Source: Malacoraja senta
Lineage: Eukaryota
DNA: 64,000 nt
Direction of reading: 5' to 3'
Assembly: GCA_038087875.1 (NCBI GenBank)
Contig: CM075987.1
Coordinates: 16,928,001-16,992,000 of the forward strand
The stretch's first letter is position 1. The number at the start of each line of letters is the position of its first letter. The notes under the pieces are model-generated. The model did not search any database. It worked only from the letters and a program-made list of their open reading frames with translations, and was not told the origin of the DNA. Positions 39,187 through 50,178 of this stretch are shown here, piece by piece. Both the position numbers and the translations under genes were made by a program.

Positions 39187-40568
39187 CTAACCACTGAAGT
39201 CAGACTAACCGGCCTCTAGTTCACACTATTCTGCTTCGCTCCCTTCTTGTACAACGGGGTAATATTGGCATTTTTCCAATCGTCTGGAACCACTCCTGAC
39301 TCTCGTGAATCTTGAAAGATCACTACTAATGCCTACACATTTTCTAAATCCACCCCTTTAAGAACCCTGGGTTGCAGTCCACGTGACTTATCCACCTTCA
39401 GACCTTTCAGTTTCCCAAGCACTTTCTCCCTGGTTATAGCCACTCCACTAACTTCCACCCCTTGACTCTCTTGAATTTCAGCCACATTGCTGGTGTCATC
39501 CAATGATGACACCATTGCTGGTGTGAAGACTGATGCAAAAAGGTTATTCAAAAAGTGATTCGATTCCTCTGCTAATTCTTTATTCCCTATTATCACTTCC
39601 CCAGTATCATTTTCCAGCGGTCCAACCATGCTTGTAGCACCAATTCCTGTGTCCATTCCTCAAGAGGCTTTGAATCCATCTTACCATTCTCTCCCACCAA
39701 GCCATCTTTGAAATTCACTTGTCAACTTGCCTTAGATCCCATCCCATCCAAGTCCATGTATATATATATGTGTCCACTCCTGTATCGACAAGACCTGATT
39801 GCATTTATGCACTTTTAAATCAACAGCCTTTTCTCTGCATTTACCATCTATTCAGGTGGCCCTCCCACACAAACTAATTCATGGACTGCCATGGGCAGCC
39901 AGCTTAATAGCTATCAATTAAATCTAAACTAAGCTGTTAGAGCCGCTGCGTCTGTGCCCAAGACCCGGGTTCCATCCTGACCTTGGGTGCTGTTGATGTG
40001 GAGTTTGCATGATTTATTTGTGACTGCGTGGGTTTTCTCCAGGTCATAGAGTCCTTCAGCGTGGAAACAGTCCATTTGGCCCAACTTGCCCGTGTCGACC
40101 GACATGCCCCACCTACACAAAGACCTGCAGATACTGGTTTACACCAATGATAGTCACAAAGTGCTTGAGTAACTCAGTGGATCAGGGAGCATCTCTGGAG
40201 AAATAGAATAGGTGACGTTTCGGGTCGGGACCTTTCTTGTCCCTGCTCCTTGCTGATACAACAATGCTCTAGAATATCAGTGTAACATTCTCTTCACACC
40301 CCAGCCTCTACTTTCTTCTCCATGGACAATATTCCATTACTATTACACATTTGAATCATTATTTTCCTCTTGATCACTTCCCCAGTATCATTAAATGTTT
40401 TATTTTCAGATATTTATGCACTTTGTTTTTGATTATTTCCATGGTATGAGCTGAAAAGTGTGTACCTCCCTTTAAGAAGGGAAGATAAGTTACTATTTGC
40501 TGAGCTTATATTTTAATGTACTGTAACATATTCTCCATGCTTTTCATCCCTTTTACTTTTCACTGCAG

Positions 40569-40613
40569 TGAAATTTGGAAACGGCAAGTCTTTCAGCTCT
40601 GTCAGTAAACTAG
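40569..40613 (+). CDS. Candidate host-gene exon (45 bp, phase 1-1): KFGNGKSFSSVSKL
   Basis: Strong acceptor ttttcatcccttttacttttcactgcag| and donor tag|gtaagg. Confidence 0.6.
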
Positions 40614-40864
40614 GTAAGGTTCAGATATATCTATTGTCACCAGTAACTGCACCTCAGAGCCGGTCGTCCTTTCAGTCATAGCTGTCAAACCCTGGCCTAG
40701 CTTGTGGCCAGACACGCATTGTTCTTCATTACTAATCCTGGTTCATCAAGCCAGTCTGCAGATACTGGCCTTTGATGCTGTACAAAACTGGCCACGGTCT
40801 TGCAACAGGGACAAATCCTGCAAAATATTTCAAAAGCTCCAGCTCCAAAGTGAAGGCTGTCTTG

Positions 40865-41260
40865 ATCAGAATCAGAATCAGAATCAGAATCACACTTTAT
40901 TCACCAAGTATGTTTTGCAACATACGAGGAATGTCATTGGCCAGGTCAGTCATACAATTAAAAACAACAGATCAGTCAAAAACACATTTTAACATGAACA
41001 TCCACCACAGTGACTCCTACACAATCCTCACTGTGATGGAAGGCGAAATAAAGTTCAAGTCCTTCCCTTAGTTCTTCCTCAGTCGTGGGCCTCGAGCCCC
41101 CATTGACAGGATGATCTTGACTCCCGTAGCCGGTGGCGTTCGGGCTCTCCGCGTCGTGGCCATCAGCTCCCGCAATCAGGGGGATGTCAGCTCCCCCGCG
41201 CCGGGCAATCGAACCTCACGTCGGGGCTGGTCGACCCTTCCGCAATGTTGGAGCTTCCCG
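40865..41260 (-). mobile_element. Non-coding composite retroposon, 5'-truncated, (gattct)n tail
   Basis: Homologous to 59500-59850. Confidence 0.65.
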
Positions 41261-41543
41261 ACTATCAAAGAGGTTATTTAATACCAAACTACAGACATGC
41301 ACTACTCTCTTCGCTCATTGTTGCCATTACCAGTGTACAGTTTAAATAATTAGCTATTTGGCACCATTTACAACAATAAGCATTCCCTTTGCGATTTGTG
41401 TTTAGAAGAAGACTATTCTGGCTATTTCTGGAAGGTTACTCTGTTCCACCCTGCTGAATTTGAGATGGGTGAGATCTTCAAACTATTTCTCCTCTGTTTT
41501 TACCGTGGAGAAAGACATGAAAACCGAGGAACTTGGGACAGTT

Positions 41544-42031
41544 TTTTATTTATTTTTTAATTTTATTTTTTATTTATTTTGTATTAGAAGTAAGTACAAT
41601 TGTATACACTCATATTTTCATAATACATTTTATGTACAACTTTTTTTTTTTTTAATTATAATAAAGAAGAAAAAGAAAAATAAATTAGATAATGAAGTAT
41701 AGAAAAATGTGAGATATATAGTGTGTGGAAAAGAAAAATAGAAAGTGAAAGAAGAAGTTAAAGAATAAAAAAAATAAGAAAATGAGAATAGAAGAAAAAA
41801 AAAGAAAGGAACAAAAAGAAAAAAGAACTAAGGAGATCTTATTTATATTCTTGACCATCCCTCACCCAGTCACGAGTTAGCTTCTACAATTGTGTTGCAC
41901 CATATGATTCCAAAAAGACGACAAATGGAGACCAACTCGTTTTGAATTGGTCAAATTTATCTATTAGGAGAAATCGCATTTCCTCAAGATGTGCGGTGTG
42001 CAACATACTTGCAATCCACATTTTGAGCGTT
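41544..42031 (-). mobile_element. 5'-truncated L1-clade LINE (ORF2 C-terminus, AT-rich 3'UTR, A-rich tail) with 15-bp TSD
   Basis: TSD gaacttgggacagtt at 41529-41543 and 42032-42046. Peptide 'KMWIASMLHTAHLEEMRF…FKTSWSPFVVFL'. Confidence 0.8.
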
Positions 42032-43047
42032 GAACTTGGGACAGTTAATGGCATTGTCTTGAGAGCAGTCAGTATTACGGTCGAGGAGGTGCTGCTGAAG
42101 GTCCTACGCGTATGATGGTAGAGAAATCTCCCAGGCCTGATCATATATATTCAAAGACACTGGGGAAACAAAATCAAAAATTGCAGGTGTCCTGGTTGAG
42201 AGTTACAGGTGAGGTGCCCGAAGCCTTTAGGGTGGTGAATATTGTGCCAAGGAAAAGCCTGGGAAGTATAGGCCAGTCAGTCTAACATCTGTGCTCTGAA
42301 AGTTACCAGAAAGTATTGTGAGGGATAAGATATACATGTACGTAGTTAGATGGGCAAGGGCCGATTAGGGATAGTCAACACGGTTTTATATGTGGGAAAT
42401 TGTATCTCATGAATACAGATTTTTGAAGATATGACCTTGATGTGGGAAAAGATGTAGACGTTGTATATAATGATTTCAGCGGCTTTTTGTCAAGGTACCG
42501 CATGGAAGGTTAGATCGCATGAGATCCATTACGAGCTTGCCAACTGGATGGAAAATTGGCTTCATGGAAGGAAGCAGAGGGTGATGGTGGAAGGTTGTTT
42601 TTCAGACTTGAAGCCAGGGACTAGTGGTATCAGGATTCAGTGCTGGAAAAGAATGTACAAGGCATGATTGGTAAGTTTGCAGATGGCACTAAAGCGGGTA
42701 GTATTGTAGATAGTGAAGATGGTTGTCAAAAATTGTAGCAGGTGTTTGATTGGCTGGGCAGGTGGGCTGAAGAATGGTTGATGGAATTTAATACAGTAAA
42801 GTGTAGGGTGTTGTATTTTGGGAAGACTGACTAGGGCAGGACCTACACAGTGAACGGTCGGGCTCTGGGGAATGTTGTAGAGCAGAGGGATCTAGGGGTG
42901 TAGATACATAGTTCCTTGAAAATGACGTCACAGGTCGATAGGGTGGTCAAGAAGGCTTTTGGCACATTGGCCTTCGGCAGCATGAGTATAGAACTTGGGA
43001 GGTCATGTCATAGTTGTACAGGAATTGGTGAGGTCACATTCAGAGTA

Positions 43048-43297
43048 TTTTAGGTAGACAAAAATGCTGGAGAAACAATAGACAATAGACAATAGGTGCA
43101 GGAGTAGGCCATTCGGCCCTTCGAGCCAGCACCGCCATAGGTAACGTTTCGAGTCGAAACCCTTCTTCAGACTGAAGAAGGGTATCGACCCGAAACGTTG
43201 CCTATTTCCTTCACTCCATTGATGCTGCCTCACCCACTGAGTTTCTCCAGCATTTTTGTCTACCTTCGATTTTCCAGCATCTACAGTTCCTTCTTAA
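43048..43297. mobile_element. Palindromic Penelope-derived element with back-to-back hammerhead cores and 12-bp TSD
   Basis: TSD acattcagagta (43036-43047, 43298-43309). Cores at 43143-43170 (-) and 43172-43199 (+). Confidence 0.75.
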
Positions 43298-44717
43298 ACA
43301 TTCAGAGTAATGTGTTCAGTTTTGGACACACTGTTATAGGAAATACGTTGTTAAACTTGAAAGGGTGCAGAGATTTACGAGGATATTGCTGGGACTCGAG
43401 GGCCTGAGCTATAGGGAGAGGTTGAACAGGGTAGGACTTTATTACTTGGAGTGCTGGAGAATGAGCGGTGATCCCAAAGATCAGGATAGGATTAGATAGG
43501 GTAGATGCAGTCTTCTACCCAGAGAAGGGGAGTCAAGATCCAGAGGACATAGGTTTATGGTGAAGGAGAACATTTTAATAGGAACAGAAGGGGTGGTGGG
43601 TGTCAGAGGAGGTAGTTGAGGCAGCTACTATCATAACGTTTAAAAAACATTTGGACAGGTACATTGATAGGACAGGTTTGGTGAGACATGGTTCAAACAC
43701 AGGTAGGAATAGTATAATCCTATTGGTGGGGCCTGTTGGTTGACATAGGCATGTTACTCTGAAGAGCCTGTTTCCATGCTGTATGACAATGAATCTAAAT
43801 CAATTTGAGTCCAATCTACCCAGTCACCATGGGTCCCATGTGCCTTAAGTAAGTAATGTGTTGATAAATGAGTAACCTGTTTCGGCAAAAAATAACAATG
43901 TGCTGTGGAGGCTGAAAATCCAGATTGAAACAGGAAGATCAGGATATTTCTGCTGGTCGGGGAGCATCCGTGGAGAAAAAAAGCTGTTTTCATGTTTCAA
44001 GTCACTGACCTTTCTGTAGAATCCATGAAAATTCTGTTAATTTGCAGCTTTGTTGTATTACCAACCATTCCAGATGAAGTCATTGATTTCCAGACTTGAA
44101 ATAACCCATCTTCTTCTCGAACAGTTCTTCTGGCAACAATTCAATGTCTGCTCGAAAGGGTTGGGATGGCCGTGATTCTGTGTAATCTGAATGGTTATGA
44201 ATTGACATAGTTCACATGGCTATGGAGGAATATGGATTAGAGTCATGCAGAACGGAAACGCCATTTGGATGAGCATGCCCATGCCGATCAAGATGCCCCA
44301 TCCACACTAGTTCACCCACCCGCGTTTGGCTGATGTTCCTCTGAACTTTTCCTATCCATGTACCCATCCAAATATCTTTTACATTTTATTATAGTATCTG
44401 CCTCAACTACCTCCCCTGGCAGCTCGTTCCATATATCCACCACCCTCTGTGTGAAAAAGTTGCACCGTAAATCTTTCCCCTCTCACATTAAATCTAAGTT
44501 CTCTGGTTCTTGATTCCCCTACTCTGGGTAAAAGATTGTGTGCATCTACCCTATCTAGTCTCCACATGATCTCATACACCTCTGTAAGATCATCCTTCAT
44601 CCTCATATCAAAAATTCTAAAGGGCATGTTCCTGTGCTGTACTGTTCTGTGAATATAAAGACCACGTGAGTCTGTGAGATGTGACAAAGGACCAGTAAAG
44701 AAAAGTATACAACTTCT

Positions 44718-45310
44718 GCACTTGTATAGGGCTCTGGTGAGACCACATCTGGAATATTGTGTACAGTTTTGGTCTCCTAATTTGAGGAAGGACATCCTTG
44801 TGATTGAGGCAGTGCAGCGTAGGTTCACGAGATTGATCCCTGGGATGGCGGGAATGTCATATGAGGAAAGATTGAAAAGACTAGGCTTGTATTCACTGGA
44901 GTTTAGAAGGATGAGGGGGGATCTTATAGAAACATATAAAATTATAAAAGGACTGGACAAGCTAGATGCAGGAAAAATGTTCCCAATGTTCAGCGAGTCC
45001 AGAACCAGGGGCCATAGTCTTAGAATAAAGGGGAGGCCATTTAAGACTGAGGTGAGAAAAAACTTTTTCACCCAGAGAGTTGTGAATTTATGAAATTCCC
45101 TGCCACAGAGGGCAGTGGAGGCCAAGTCACTGGATGGATTTAAGAGAGAGTTAGATAGAGCTCTAGAGGCTAGTGGAATCTAGGGATATGGGGAGAAGGC
45201 AGGCACGCGTTATTGATAGGGGACGATCAGCCATGATCACAATGAATGGCGGTGCAGGCTCGAAGGGCCGAATGGCCTCCTCCTGCACCTATTTTCTATG
45301 TTTCTGTTTC
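44718..45310 (+). mobile_element. CR1 3' fragment, same subfamily as 29662-30255
   Basis: RT C-terminal peptide and tail. Confidence 0.88.
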
Positions 45311-45676
45311 TAAAAAAGCCAGAGAGGCAATTAATGTAAAGTTTGGGGGAATGTGTGGGGCACAGGGAGCTGTAAAGAGCGGCCGTGGAAATACAAGGGA
45401 GGAGCCGCGGTGTGACGTCACAAACGAGGCAGACAAGTGATGGCACTGACTTCGAGTTAACCTATCGTAATTATCTACATTCTTGCAACAATTTAATAAA
45501 TGTCAAACTAAATGAGATAAATAATTAAATTAACAATGAACTAATTTACAAGAAGACAGTTACGTGTTGCTGCAGAGCTTCCAATCCATTTTTGTCCAAG
45601 AGCCGTTCATCTGTGTTAAATGCCTCCAGGTGAAGGAACTTTGGCTGTGTGGAGGAGTTGAGCAGCGATAGTCTAA

Positions 45677-46355
45677 AGGGCCTGTCCCACTTACGTGTCC
45701 TTGGCACGCTAATTACGCGACCTCGTGGTTGCGTTGAGGCGCGAAGGTCGGGCGCGACTTCATGCGACCGCACTGCCGTCTGGAGCGCGTGACGTCATTT
45801 GAAGATGGATGCAAAATGCAGGAGTAACACAGCGGGACCGGCAGCATCTCAAGAGAAGGAATGGATGATGTTTCGAGACTCTTCTTCAGTCTGAAAGAAT
45901 GGTCTTGACCCGAAACATCACCCATTGCTTTTCTCCAGAGATGCTGCCGGTCCCGCTGAGTTACTCCAGCATTTTATGTCTATCTTCAATTGTCTTGGCC
46001 CCGCTCTGGGAGTAGAAGTGGGGGCGGATCCGGATCCGCAATGGCCGTGAGCCCCAGGCCTAGTTCGGCGATCGTTTGCCTGCTTCTGCTGCTGTTGAAG
46101 GTGAGATGTTGCGTCGCGCCAGGGTCTTGGGCCTGTCCCACTTTGGCCGTCAGTTCCGCGACAGGCCGTTGGTGAGCGAAGATTTTGTTTGCTACAAAAA
46201 TTTCGGAGGCCGGCACGAAGTCGCACACATCTACATACCCCTCCGCCCTTCTCAGTGGGACCAGCACCGCGCGGCCGTACGATGCCCGTGCGCCTCAACG
46301 CGACCATGAGGTCGCGTAATTTGCGTGCCAAGGACACGTAAGTGGGACAGGCCCT
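45677..46355. mobile_element. PIF/Harbinger-type MITE with ~65-bp TIRs and TAA TSD
   Basis: taa|agggcctgtcccacttacgtgtccttggcacg…cgtgccaaggacacgtaagtgggacaggccct|taa. Contains a nested palindromic Penelope-derived unit at ~45799-45989. Confidence 0.88.
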
Positions 46356-47734
46356 TAACTCTAAGGGATGAGATACAAGAGAAACTAAAGGGAGGCAACA
46401 GTCAAAGCTAACAATCTGGACAATAAAAGCCTCCAGGCTGTTTACTTAGCTAAAGCTTGCAGTTTCAGGAGTACAGGTAACAAGGTAGATTAAGTGGGGA
46501 CCACCCTTTGTAATTGATGTCAGCTAAATTCAGTTGTTTGGACCAGAGCTCTTTGAGCGGCTACAAAAGAGGCCGAGAACCGACAGCATGGGTTCACACA
46601 ACAAATCCCAGAGGGGGGGCTTTGGAGAGTGCATGTTGCAGTGAGTGGAGAGATTGGTGAGTAGCAATAAGCCAGTCCTTTTACCTTCATTAATACTTTC
46701 ATTCACTAAGGTCGGGTGTGCTTAAAGTGGAACTAAACTCCTGGTGGAATTTACTTCCTTAATTTACTGTACAAAGATAATGCAAGGGTGTCCACGGCTG
46801 GAGAACCAGTCCCATGGAATGCTCCTCAATATGTGGGGAATCAGGGAGATTTCCCTTGTCCCTGGTGACCACATGTGAGGAAGTGTGTCCTGCTTCAGCT
46901 CCTGACTAATGTCTCACTGAGGATCATCCATGGTGCTGAGGACATTGTGGATGGCATGTAGAGTGAGCTGGTCACCCTGTAAACAATGGGTAGAATTGCA
47001 GTGGGTGCCCACCAGGGATCAGTGGGCACAGGCGGGTGGTGCAAGAGACCCCTGTGGCCGTACCTCTGTTAAAACAGGTAGACCATGTTGGATACGTTTG
47101 GGGGCAGCCTCTTTGGGATGGGAAGAAACGGGCATGTTTGTGGCACTGAGACTAGCTCAGCTGCACAATGAGCGAGGACAAAGATCAGCAGAGCTGCAGT
47201 AAATAGGGGCTCAATTGTAATGGGAGCAGTTGGGTGAACAAGGCCCTTGAATTCTGTGTTGTCCTCCTGGTGCCAGGTACATGAATATCTCAAAGCGGTT
47301 GCAGTACATTCTCACCAGCGAGAGTAAACAGTCAGTGGTTGTAATACACTCAAACATAGTGGTTGTCCTACAGAGGAGAATGATTCTCGGGATGATTGGG
47401 TTAACGTATGAGGAGCATTTGATAGCTCTGGGCCTGTACTCGCTGGAGTTCAGAAGAATGAGGGGAAACCTCATTGAAACTTACCAAATAGTGAAAGACC
47501 TGGATAGAGTGGATGCGAAGAGGATGTTTCCACCAGTAGGAGAGTTCATGAACTGAGGGCCATCGCCTCTGAATTAAAGGACGTTCCTTTAGAAAGGCGA
47601 TGAGGAGGAATTTATTTAGTCAGAGGGTGGTGAATCTGTGGAATTCCTTGCCGCAGAGGTCTGTGGAGGCCAAGTCAATGGATATTTTAAGACAGAGATA
47701 GATTCTTGATTAGTACGGGTGTCAAAGGTTATAC

Positions 47735-48680
47735 CTTGAAGTTCGGGAGCGGCAGAAGTGAGTTTGGTGATTGGCTGAAAGGTAAGCTCTTGGGAGTTTC
47801 TTTGTGTTTCCTTTCGGTAGTGGTTAGCTTAAAACCGGGCGCGACCAGGTAAGAGGAGCACATACCGTCAAGTTCGGAAGCGGCAGAAGTGAGTTCGATG
47901 ATTGGCTGAGGAATTTGATTTGCTAATTGGTTAAGTGGCGAATTGGGCAATTTATCAGCCAATATAAGCAAGGTTTCCTGTCGGGGAGCGGCCTTGTTGA
48001 GGGAAGTGTCTTGTGAGGAAAGTGCGAGTCTTTGGCTCGAGAGTCTTCGGCGAGGAGGCTGAGGAGAGGAGACTACGCCAAAACTTGGAGAGGACGAGAC
48101 GTGGGGAAGCCATGACGGTTAAGATGATTCAGTGTGATGCTTGCAGGATGCGGGAGGTCAGGGAAACTGATGGAGCCTCTGGCTGCTACAACTGTGGTAA
48201 GTGTGTCCAGCTTCAGCTCCTGAAGGACTGTGTTGGGGCACTGGAGAAGCAGCTTGATGACCTCAGGATCACCCAGGGAAACAAGAGTTTCTTGGACAGG
48301 ACCTGCAGTGAGGTTGTCACACCAAGGATACAGGAAGAGCGAAGGTGGGTGACTGTGAGAAATGGGAGTAACCGTGGTGCAGGAGACCCCAGTGGCTGTG
48401 CCTAATGAAAACAGGCACACCCTTTTGGGAGCTGTCGTGGCAGACGACGCTTCCAGACTGAGCGGCAGACAGGTCGGTGGCTCCAATCCTAGCGATGAGA
48501 CTCGACTGGCGTGACCGACGTCGGGCAGAGCTATAGTGGTGGGTGACTCCATTGTCCGAGATGCGGACAGGAGATTCTCTGGCGGCAGGCGAGACTCGAG
48601 GATGGTCTGTTGCCTCCCAGGTGCAAGGGTTCAAGATATCACAAACCGATTTCAGAACATCCTCGAGAGGGAAGATGAAC
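47735..48680 (+). mobile_element. CR1 5' end: 5'UTR + ORF1 (CxxC…CxxC zinc finger/leucine zipper, start of esterase), degraded
   Basis: 'MTVKMIQCDACRM…CYNCGKCVQLQLLKDCVGALEKQLDDLR' and 'VVGDSIVR'. Confidence 0.8.
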
Positions 48681-49248
48681 AGCCGTTTTTTCCAGCATCT
48701 ACAGTTCCTTCTTAAACACAGGGAATTATAGACCAGTAAGCCTGACATTGGTGGTGGGGAAGATGCTGGAGTCAATCATAAAATATCAAATAGCGGCACA
48801 TTTGGATAGCAGTAGCAGGATCGGTCCGAGTCAGCATGGATTTACGAAGGGGAAATCATGCTTGACTAATCTTCTGGAATTTTTTGAAGATGTAACTAGG
48901 GAAATGGACAAGGGAGAGCCAGTGGATGTAGTGTGCCTGGACTTTCAAAAAGCATTTGATAAGGTCCCACATAGGAGATTAGTGAGAAAAATTAGGGCAC
49001 ATGGTATTGGGGGTAGAGTGCTGACATGGATAGAAAATTGGTTGGCAGACAGGAAACAAAGAGTAGGGTTTAACGGGTCCCTTTCAGAATGGCAGGCAGT
49101 GACTAGTGGGGTACCGCAAGGCTCGGTGCTGGGACTGCAGCTATTTACAATGTACATCAATGATTTAGATGAAGGGATTACAAGTAACATTAGCAAATTT
49201 GCAGATGACACAAAGCTGGGTGGCAGTGTGAACTGTTAAGAGGATGCT

Positions 49249-50089
49249 CCGCATTGATGAGCTGGAGACCCAACTTCATACGCTGCGGTGCATCAGGGAG
49301 GGGGAGTATTACCTGGATGTTTTGTGCCAGGGGATGGTCACACCGACCAGTTTAACTAATTCAGTAGTTAGTGAGCAGGGAAAGGAAGGTGTGGCCATAA
49401 GCGAGGCAGGTAGGGGGAACCAGGAGGAGATGCGGCAGGAGCCACAGCCCTTGTCCCTGACGAGCATGACCGAGGCTCTTACTCAATGCGAGGACGGGAT
49501 CAAGGGCTGTGGGAGGGATGAGCAACCTGGCTGCAGCACCGTGGATCAGGGGGCCATTCAAGAGGGGGGAGTTAGAAGAAATGCCGTTGTGATAGGGGAT
49601 AGTATTATTCGGGGGGTAGATAAGGTTCTCTGCGGCCAGCAGAACATGTCCCGAAGGCTGTGTTGCCTACCCGGTGCTAGGGTTAAGGATATCTCTGCGA
49701 TGCTGGAGAGAAATTTGCAGAGTGAGGGGGAGGATCCAGTGGTCGTGGTCCATGTGGGGACCAATGACATAGGAAGGACGAGGAAGGAGGATCTGCTGAA
49801 CGAGTTTGAGCAGTTAGGGAATAAATTAAAAAGCAGAACCTCGAGGGTACTGATCTCCGGATTGCTACCTGAGCCACGGGCCAAATCGGCGAGGGTACAA
49901 AAAATTAAAAAGCTGAATGCGTGGCTCAAAGACTGGTGTGGGAAAAATGGGTTTGGTTTCTTGGGCCACTGGCACCAGTACTGGGACAGGGGGGATCTGT
50001 TCTGTAAGGACGGACTTCACCTGAACGGTGCTGGGACTGGGGTCCTGGCAAATCATATAACTAGGGCAGTAGAGAGGTCTTTAAACTAA
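49249..50089 (+). CDS. CR1 ORF1 (partial; coiled coil + SGNH esterase domain)
   Basis: 'VIGDSIIR', 'CLPGA', 'HVGTNDI' and 'DGLHLN'. No internal stops. Confidence 0.88.
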
Positions 50090-50178
50090 GTAGCGGGGGG
50101 GAGGTATCAAGGGGGGTAATAACGGCAGGGGTAGAGGAAATAGAGCAGGGTATCAGTGGGGAAACGGAAAATCAAAAT

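Larger units (their letters stand above)
34980..39630. mobile_element. Mosaic of degraded CR1 fragments in both orientations, with nested SINEs and LINE tails
   Basis: RT peptide remnants at 35143-35481 (-), 36430-37124 (+), 38592-38924 (-) and 39333-39656 (-). Confidence 0.8.
41460..43800 (+). mobile_element. Degraded CR1 ORF2 hosting the L1 and palindromic insertions
   Basis: 'NYFSSVFTVEKD' and 'NWLHGRKQRVMVEG', plus a CR1 3' end. Confidence 0.8.

Noticed and set aside
44125..44159. Additional host exon
   Set aside because: Plausible acceptor but weak donor (gttggg), and the 35-bp length breaks the frame pattern.
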